Below, one piece after another: positions 36,146-40,648 of a stretch of 40,648 nucleotides of DNA. Numbering within the stretch: position 1 is the first letter of the stretch; each line of letters opens with the position of its first letter. The DNA lies in NCBI GenBank assembly GCA_045533785.1, contig JAZSIL010000050.1:1-40648 (forward strand). Reading direction: 5' to 3'. A program made the position numbers and the translations under genes. This DNA comes from Bacilli bacterium (GTDB lineage Bacteria > Bacillota_I > Bacilli_A > ML615J-28 > CAG-313). The notes under the pieces are model-generated. The model had not been told where the DNA came from. It did no database searches and saw nothing but the letters and a program-made list of their open reading frames with translations.

Positions 36146-37024
36146 TTAGAAGAATTTAATTGAATAATTAATAGTTTTAGAAGTATTAGGTTCTACATAA
36201 ATCAAATCTCTTTTTGATTTAAAATCACCATTAGATGTTGGAGCATCAGCACATCCAATCCAAGGTTCTAAGCAAATAAATGGAGACTTGATATGGTTTG
36301 GTGTCCAGATACCTAGCATTGGGAAATCATCAAAGTTAAATACTACGCCATGTGATTCATCTTTATTTGTAAGAGTAATTTGATGTGATTTAATATTTTC
36401 AAATACTAATGCGTCAAAATCATAATCACTGTAGTTTAATGGTAATTCTTTTAAGTTAGTAAAAGTGCGGCATCGTTTATTGTAATCTATTGTTCCATCT
36501 GATAAATTTACAGTAGGAATCTCATATGTACCAGGAACATCAAAGATTATTTTATAATCCTCAAATTTTTCATTCTCATCTAGAGGAACTTTAAATGCTG
36601 GGTGTAATCCTAGATTAAATGGCATCGAAGTATTTGAATTATTAATAAATTCTAAACTACTATGAATAGTTTGTTCTAATAATTCATACGTAATTAAAAT
36701 TTTAAAGTCATATGGATAAAGTTTAAGAGTATTTTCATCAGCTGAAACAGTAAAAGTAATTTTATTTTCGTAGTTATTTACTACTTGACATAAAGTGTCT
36801 CTTAAAAAACCATGTTTTTTCATTGGGTAGTTAATACCATCAATTGAAGCTGTACCATTTTTTATTGTACCGATATTAGGCCAAAGAAGTGGAGCGCTTC
36901 TACCCCAAAATTTTGGATCACTATTATGTAAATAATCTTTGTTTAAATATTTAATTGATTTTATTTCAGCACCATTATCAGAAATTTGTACTTCTAAATA
37001 ATCATTTTTAATTGTATATAACAT
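36146..37024 (-). CDS. Aldose 1-epimerase (galactose mutarotase-like, LacX-type) family protein
   Basis: The 292-aa ORF has LLWPNIG, HGFLRD, GLHPAF and a C-terminal EPW motif (CLEPWIG), typical of the aldose-epimerase superfamily. The SD is aaaggagaa on the minus strand. Confidence 0.75.
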   Translation of the reverse strand: MLYTIKNDYLEVQISDNGAEIKSIKYLNKDYLHNSDPKFWGRSAPLLWPNIGTIKNGTASIDGINYPMKKHGFLRDTLCQVVNNYENKITFTVSADENTLKLYPYDFKILITYELLEQTIHSSLEFINNSNTSMPFNLGLHPAFKVPLDENEKFEDYKIIFDVPGTYEIPTVNLSDGTIDYNKRCRTFTNLKELPLNYSDYDFDALVFENIKSHQITLTNKDESHGVVFNFDDFPMLGIWTPNHIKSPFICLEPWIGCADAPTSNGDFKSKRDLIYVEPNTSKTINYSIKFF

Positions 37025-37117
37025 AAATGTTTTCTCCTTTTTACATAAATATTATATCAAATTACTTTATTTTGTTCAATAATTGTAATAAAAGAATTAT
37101 TTTTAAAATAAATAATA

Positions 37118-39037
37118 ATGGTGATAAAAATGAAACAATATCGATTGTTAAAATCAAAACGCATAATTGCTGTATACATAATTGTTTTAATCGGTTTTAT
37201 GATGATAATGATTAGACTTTCGTATATAAAAATTGTGAAGGGAAATGATTATTATAATTTAGCACTTGATTTATGGACTAGAACTGCACCTACTAAAGGA
37301 GTAAGAGGGAATATCTATGATCGAAACGGAAAATTAATTGTAGGTAGTTATCTTTCACCAACAGTTATTTGTATTCCTAAACAAATAGAAAATAAAGATG
37401 AAACTGCTAATTTTTTAGCAAAAGTTTTAGATGTAAAAAAAGAAGAAATAATAAAACATTTAAATAAAAAAGTATCTGTTGAAATTATTAAACCAGCTGG
37501 TAGATACATTAGTGTCGATAAAGCAATTGAAATTATCAATAAAAATATTAAAGGTATTTATGTTGTAAGTGATAGTAAAAGAAGTTACCCATATCAAAAT
37601 GTTTTAGCTCCTATTATCGGTGTAGTTGGCAGTGATAATCAAGGAATAACAGGAATTGAATATATTTATGATAGTTATCTAAAAGGTGGAAGTGGAGGAT
37701 TAAATATTTATACTGATGCCCATGGAAATTTAATTAGTGATTTAACAAGTTATTATAATAGTGCTGTATCAGGGGCTGATGTATATTTAACAATTGATTT
37801 AAATATTCAAATGATTCTAGAAAGGTTACTTGATAACGCTTTTGTAAAATATAATTATGATGAAGCAATAATGATTGCAGTTAATCCTAAAACATCTGAA
37901 GTTTTAGGGATGGCTAGTCGTCCTACTTTTAATCCTGAAAAATATCAAGATTACTCTGTAGATGTGTATAATAGAAATCTTCCTATTTGGAAAAGTTATG
38001 AACCAGGTAGTGTCCAAAAAATAATAACATATGCAGCAGGACTTGAAGAAGGAGTGTTTAAAATGGATGAAATATATCATGATCCTGGAGCTTTAGTAAT
38101 TGATGGTGTAAGGATAAGAGATTGGAAAGCTGGTGGTCATGGTACAGAAACATTTTTACAAGTAATCGAAAATTCATGTAATCCTGGTTTTATGACAATT
38201 GGAATGAGGCTTGGGAAAGATAAGTTATTTAAATATATTAAAGCATTTGGATTAGGTAGTAAAACAGGTATTGATTTACTTGGAGAATCTTCTGGAATAC
38301 TATTTAATGAAGAAAAAATTGGTAATGTTGAACTTGCTACGGCAAGTTTTGGTCAAGGAAATGCTGTCACAGCAATTCAACTTGTAAATGCTGCATCAGC
38401 AGCAGTTAATGGTGGAAATTTAAATAAACCGTATATTTTATCTAAAATAATAAAAAATGATGAAATTTTAATTCAAAAAGAACCAGAATTTATAAGAAAA
38501 GTAATAAGCATTGAAACTTCAGAAAAAGTAAAATATGCCTTAGAAAGTGTATGTGCTCGTGGTACCGCACGTGGTGCTTTTATTGATGGTTATAGAGTTG
38601 GAGGTAAAACAGGTACAGCGCAAATTGCGGAGAATGGTTCATATGTTCAAGGTAAATATATTTTATCATTTATGGGGATTGCTCCAATGAATGATCCTGA
38701 GATAATGATTTATCTTGCAATAACTAATCCTAAAAACACAATTCAGTATGGTGGAGTTGTTTGTGCTCCAATTGTAAAAGAAGCTTTACAGGAAAGTTTT
38801 CAAGTTTTAAATATAAAGCCTACTAGTGATGGAATTCCTCTTGATGCTAGATGGTATATTGATAAAAAAGTTTATTTAGTAGATGATTATATTGGAATAA
38901 GTGTTAAAAAATTACCATATACTGATAAATATAATTATATTATTGAAGGTAGTGGCGATACAATTATATCTCAAGTACCTGCACCAGGGGAAAGAATAAT
39001 TGAAGGAGGAAGTATAATAATTTATACAGGTGAGTAG
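37118..39037 (+). CDS. Class B penicillin-binding protein (PBP2B/FtsI-like transpeptidase) with a C-terminal PASTA-like domain
   Basis: The protein has an N-terminal TM anchor. The catalytic motifs are SVQK (SxxK), SCN (SxN) and KTGTA (KTG). An alternative start at 37130 (MKQYR) has GGTGA 5 nt upstream and may be the true start. Confidence 0.88.
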   Translation: MVIKMKQYRLLKSKRIIAVYIIVLIGFMMIMIRLSYIKIVKGNDYYNLALDLWTRTAPTKGVRGNIYDRNGKLIVGSYLSPTVICIPKQIENKDETANFLAKVLDVKKEEIIKHLNKKVSVEIIKPAGRYISVDKAIEIINKNIKGIYVVSDSKRSYPYQNVLAPIIGVVGSDNQGITGIEYIYDSYLKGGSGGLNIYTDAHGNLISDLTSYYNSAVSGADVYLTIDLNIQMILERLLDNAFVKYNYDEAIMIAVNPKTSEVLGMASRPTFNPEKYQDYSVDVYNRNLPIWKSYEPGSVQKIITYAAGLEEGVFKMDEIYHDPGALVIDGVRIRDWKAGGHGTETFLQVIENSCNPGFMTIGMRLGKDKLFKYIKAFGLGSKTGIDLLGESSGILFNEEKIGNVELATASFGQGNAVTAIQLVNAASAAVNGGNLNKPYILSKIIKNDEILIQKEPEFIRKVISIETSEKVKYALESVCARGTARGAFIDGYRVGGKTGTAQIAENGSYVQGKYILSFMGIAPMNDPEIMIYLAITNPKNTIQYGGVVCAPIVKEALQESFQVLNIKPTSDGIPLDARWYIDKKVYLVDDYIGISVKKLPYTDKYNYIIEGSGDTIISQVPAPGERIIEGGSIIIYTGE

Positions 39038-39100
39038 TCAAATGCTACACAAAATACATAAATTTATGTTATATTATATCTATACTTAGAGGAGCTAAAG

Positions 39101-40045
39101 ATGAAAAAAAATAAGATTATTTTATTGACTATAATTTATGTTGTAAATTTACTAATTTTATTTGTATTAACATTTAGTATTAAAACATATAAATACGATG
39201 CAATTATTAATAGTTTTAATGATTCTTTACCTTATGGTAATGGAAAAAGAGCTAGAATAGTTATTCTTGCAGGTCAATCTAATGCATCTGGTTGTAGTAG
39301 AGATGATTATTTAAAAATAAATGTTAGTCAAGAAAAATATTTAGAATATGAAACTGGATATGATAATGTGTATATCAATTATTTTGCTTCAAACACAAAT
39401 ATTTCTAATGGTTTTGTTAGATGTAGTACTAAACAAGGAGAATCTGGAGGATATTTTGGACCTGAACTTGGCATTGCAGAAAAATTACATGCTGAATTTC
39501 CTGATGAGTTATTTTTCATTATAAAGTGGGCATGGGGAGGAACTAATTTATACAATCAATGGTTATCTCCATCAAGCATAGGTAAAACAGGTAAATTATA
39601 TAAACAATTTGTAGAATATGTTGAAAATAGTTTAATGTATTTAGATTACAAAAATTATGACATTAATATTGAAGGTGTTTGTTGGATGCAAGGTGAATCA
39701 GACTCATTTTCTATAAAACATGCAAAAAATTATAAAAATAATTTAAAAAACTTTATCAATGATATTCGTAAAAATTTTTCAAATTACGCATCAAATGATG
39801 GTATTGCATTTATTGATGCATGTATAGCTAATAATCCTGTTTTTTGGGTGTACTATAATTTTGTTAATGAATCTAAAAAAGAAGTTTCAAGTCTATCTGA
39901 TTTAAACATTTTAATTGATACAAATTCATATGGGCTATCTTGTTCAAATGAACCGTCTGAAGCTCCAGATATTGCGCACTATGATTCATTAAGTCAAATT
40001 AAACTAGGTAATTTATTTGCAGAGGAACTTATAAAATTCTTTTAA
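39101..40045 (+). CDS. Membrane-anchored SASA-family (sialate O-acetylesterase-like, SGNH-type) esterase
   Basis: The 314-aa ORF has an N-terminal TM helix (ILLTIIYVVNLLILFVLTF). Motifs are ILAGQSNASG (GQSN block with the putative catalytic Ser), WMQGESD and a C-terminal DIAHYD (Asp/His). The SD is agaggagctaaagATG. Confidence 0.75.
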   Translation: MKKNKIILLTIIYVVNLLILFVLTFSIKTYKYDAIINSFNDSLPYGNGKRARIVILAGQSNASGCSRDDYLKINVSQEKYLEYETGYDNVYINYFASNTNISNGFVRCSTKQGESGGYFGPELGIAEKLHAEFPDELFFIIKWAWGGTNLYNQWLSPSSIGKTGKLYKQFVEYVENSLMYLDYKNYDINIEGVCWMQGESDSFSIKHAKNYKNNLKNFINDIRKNFSNYASNDGIAFIDACIANNPVFWVYYNFVNESKKEVSSLSDLNILIDTNSYGLSCSNEPSEAPDIAHYDSLSQIKLGNLFAEELIKFF

Positions 40046-40052
40046 CTTTATT

Positions 40053-40094
40053 AATAACGATCTAATTGTTTTAAATTTGGTCGTTATTTTTTTA
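40053..40094 (+). terminator. Rho-independent terminator after the esterase gene
   Basis: The stem aataacga (40053-40060) pairs with tcgttatt (40081-40088) and is followed by a T-run. Confidence 0.6.
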
Positions 40095-40133
40095 TACAAA
40101 TATCATATACTTTTAATATAAGAGGTATTAGTG

Positions 40134-40648
40134 ATGAAGTTAAAAGATTTATTAAATAAATTAAATATTAAAATTAATGAAAGCGTAGATATTAATATTT
40201 TAAATGTAACGAGTGATTCTAGAAAGTGTCATGAAAATACGTTATATTTTAATATCAATAAAGAGTATTTAACTGATGCGATTAATCATAACATTAAAGT
40301 AATAGTATCTGAAAATTATATTGATCATTTAGATGTATTAGTAATCTACGTAAAAGATGTAAAAAAATTTTATTATCAAGCATTAAAAGCATTTTATAAT
40401 ATTAATAACGGATATAAAATAGGTGTAACTGGAACATGTGGGAAAACCACAACAGTAACTTTACTTTATGAATCTTTAAAATTAAATGATAATGATTTAT
40501 TATTGATTAGTAGTAATGGTAATTATACTTATATTAATCAAGTTGAACAATTTTATGAAACTAAAAATACAACACCTAATATTGAAATTATCATAGGTAA
40601 AATTGAATTTCCAATACCTCTTATTCCTCCAACTAAAACTTCCATAAC
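40134..40648 (+). CDS. murE: UDP-N-acetylmuramoyl-L-alanyl-D-glutamate--(L-lysine or meso-DAP) ligase MurE, 5' part; continues beyond the window
   Basis: My own translation from ATG 40134 (SD agagg 8 nt upstream) gives MKLKDLLNKL..NVTSDSRKCHENTLYF..GVTGTCGKTT..NTTP. These are the MurE N-terminal SDSR motif and the Mur-ligase P-loop. The frame is open to the end of the window. Confidence 0.8.
   Translation, partial: MKLKDLLNKLNIKINESVDINILNVTSDSRKCHENTLYFNINKEYLTDAINHNIKVIVSENYIDHLDVLVIYVKDVKKFYYQALKAFYNINNGYKIGVTGTCGKTTTVTLLYESLKLNDNDLLLISSNGNYTYINQVEQFYETKNTTPNIEIIIGKIEFPIPLIPPTKTSI

Noticed and set aside
37027-37215. A 62-aa ORF overlapping the PBP gene start, considered as a possible FtsL substitute.
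   Set aside because: It begins inside the SD and start region of the divergent epimerase gene. It has no SD, no TM helix or coiled coil, and a low-complexity sequence (NNCNKRIIFKINNNGDKN). It overlaps the PBP ORF by about 100 nt.
40558-40648. A minus-strand mini-ORF at the window edge (MEVLVGGIRGIGNSILPMIISILGVVFLVS).
   Set aside because: It is only 30 codons, lies antisense inside the murE frame, and has no upstream context within the window. The + strand reading (..NTTPNIEIIIGK..) fits MurE.
1-40648. A whole-window check for an alternative genetic code (TGA=Trp), rRNA/tRNA genes, CRISPR arrays, IS elements, integrases, prophage or known defence genes.
   Set aside because: All long ORFs read through under the standard code with Trp as TGG. 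I saw no GC-rich cloverleaf-sized islands, no regularly spaced direct repeats, no terminal inverted repeats and no transposase, recombinase or nuclease-like ORFs. This was done by eye, so a short ncRNA could have been missed.

Overview
This is an AT-rich chromosomal segment, roughly 30% G+C by eye (not computed). It most likely comes from a walled, low-G+C Firmicute: PBP2B and MurE are present, Trp is encoded by TGG, and long ORFs read through under the standard code, so this is not a code-4 Mollicute. Most of the window is housekeeping sequence in Bacillus-like synteny blocks, nearly all on the + strand: (i) sigma70 paralog - glyQS - dnaG - rpoD - trmK - NIF3/yqfO - UPF0597 cysteine desulfidase; (ii) ferredoxin / yneF / plsY / parE-parC; (iii) a cmk-rpsA fusion - der - gpsA; (iv) yceD - rpmF; (v) a rearranged dcw cluster start, rsmH - [antisense aldose epimerase] - PBP2B - [SASA esterase] - murE. 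Most transcription units are bounded by readable extended -10 promoters (TGnTATAAT, often with TTGxxx 17 nt upstream) and hairpin plus T-tract terminators. Two regions look accessory. The first (14.6-20.3 kb) holds a BspA-type LRR lipoprotein with a His/Cys tandem repeat, plus a 1090-aa ABC ATPase-FtsX fusion with a very large predicted extracellular domain. The second (24.8-34.0 kb) is a tandemly duplicated two-gene cassette and is the most interesting item. Each cassette has its own promoter and terminator, an unannotated 42-codon acidic ORF below the ORF-track cutoff (24844..24972 and 29280..29408), and a giant secreted multidomain protein (1344 and 1510 aa) ending in an Amidase_2 domain split by a large insertion. 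The two micro-ORFs share 25/42 residues, and the identical blocks are written with different synonymous codons. In both cassettes the micro-ORF stop codon is embedded in the Shine-Dalgarno of the giant gene. I cannot assign the peptide to any family from memory. I saw no rRNA, tRNA, CRISPR array, transposase, integrase or obvious prophage or defence genes.
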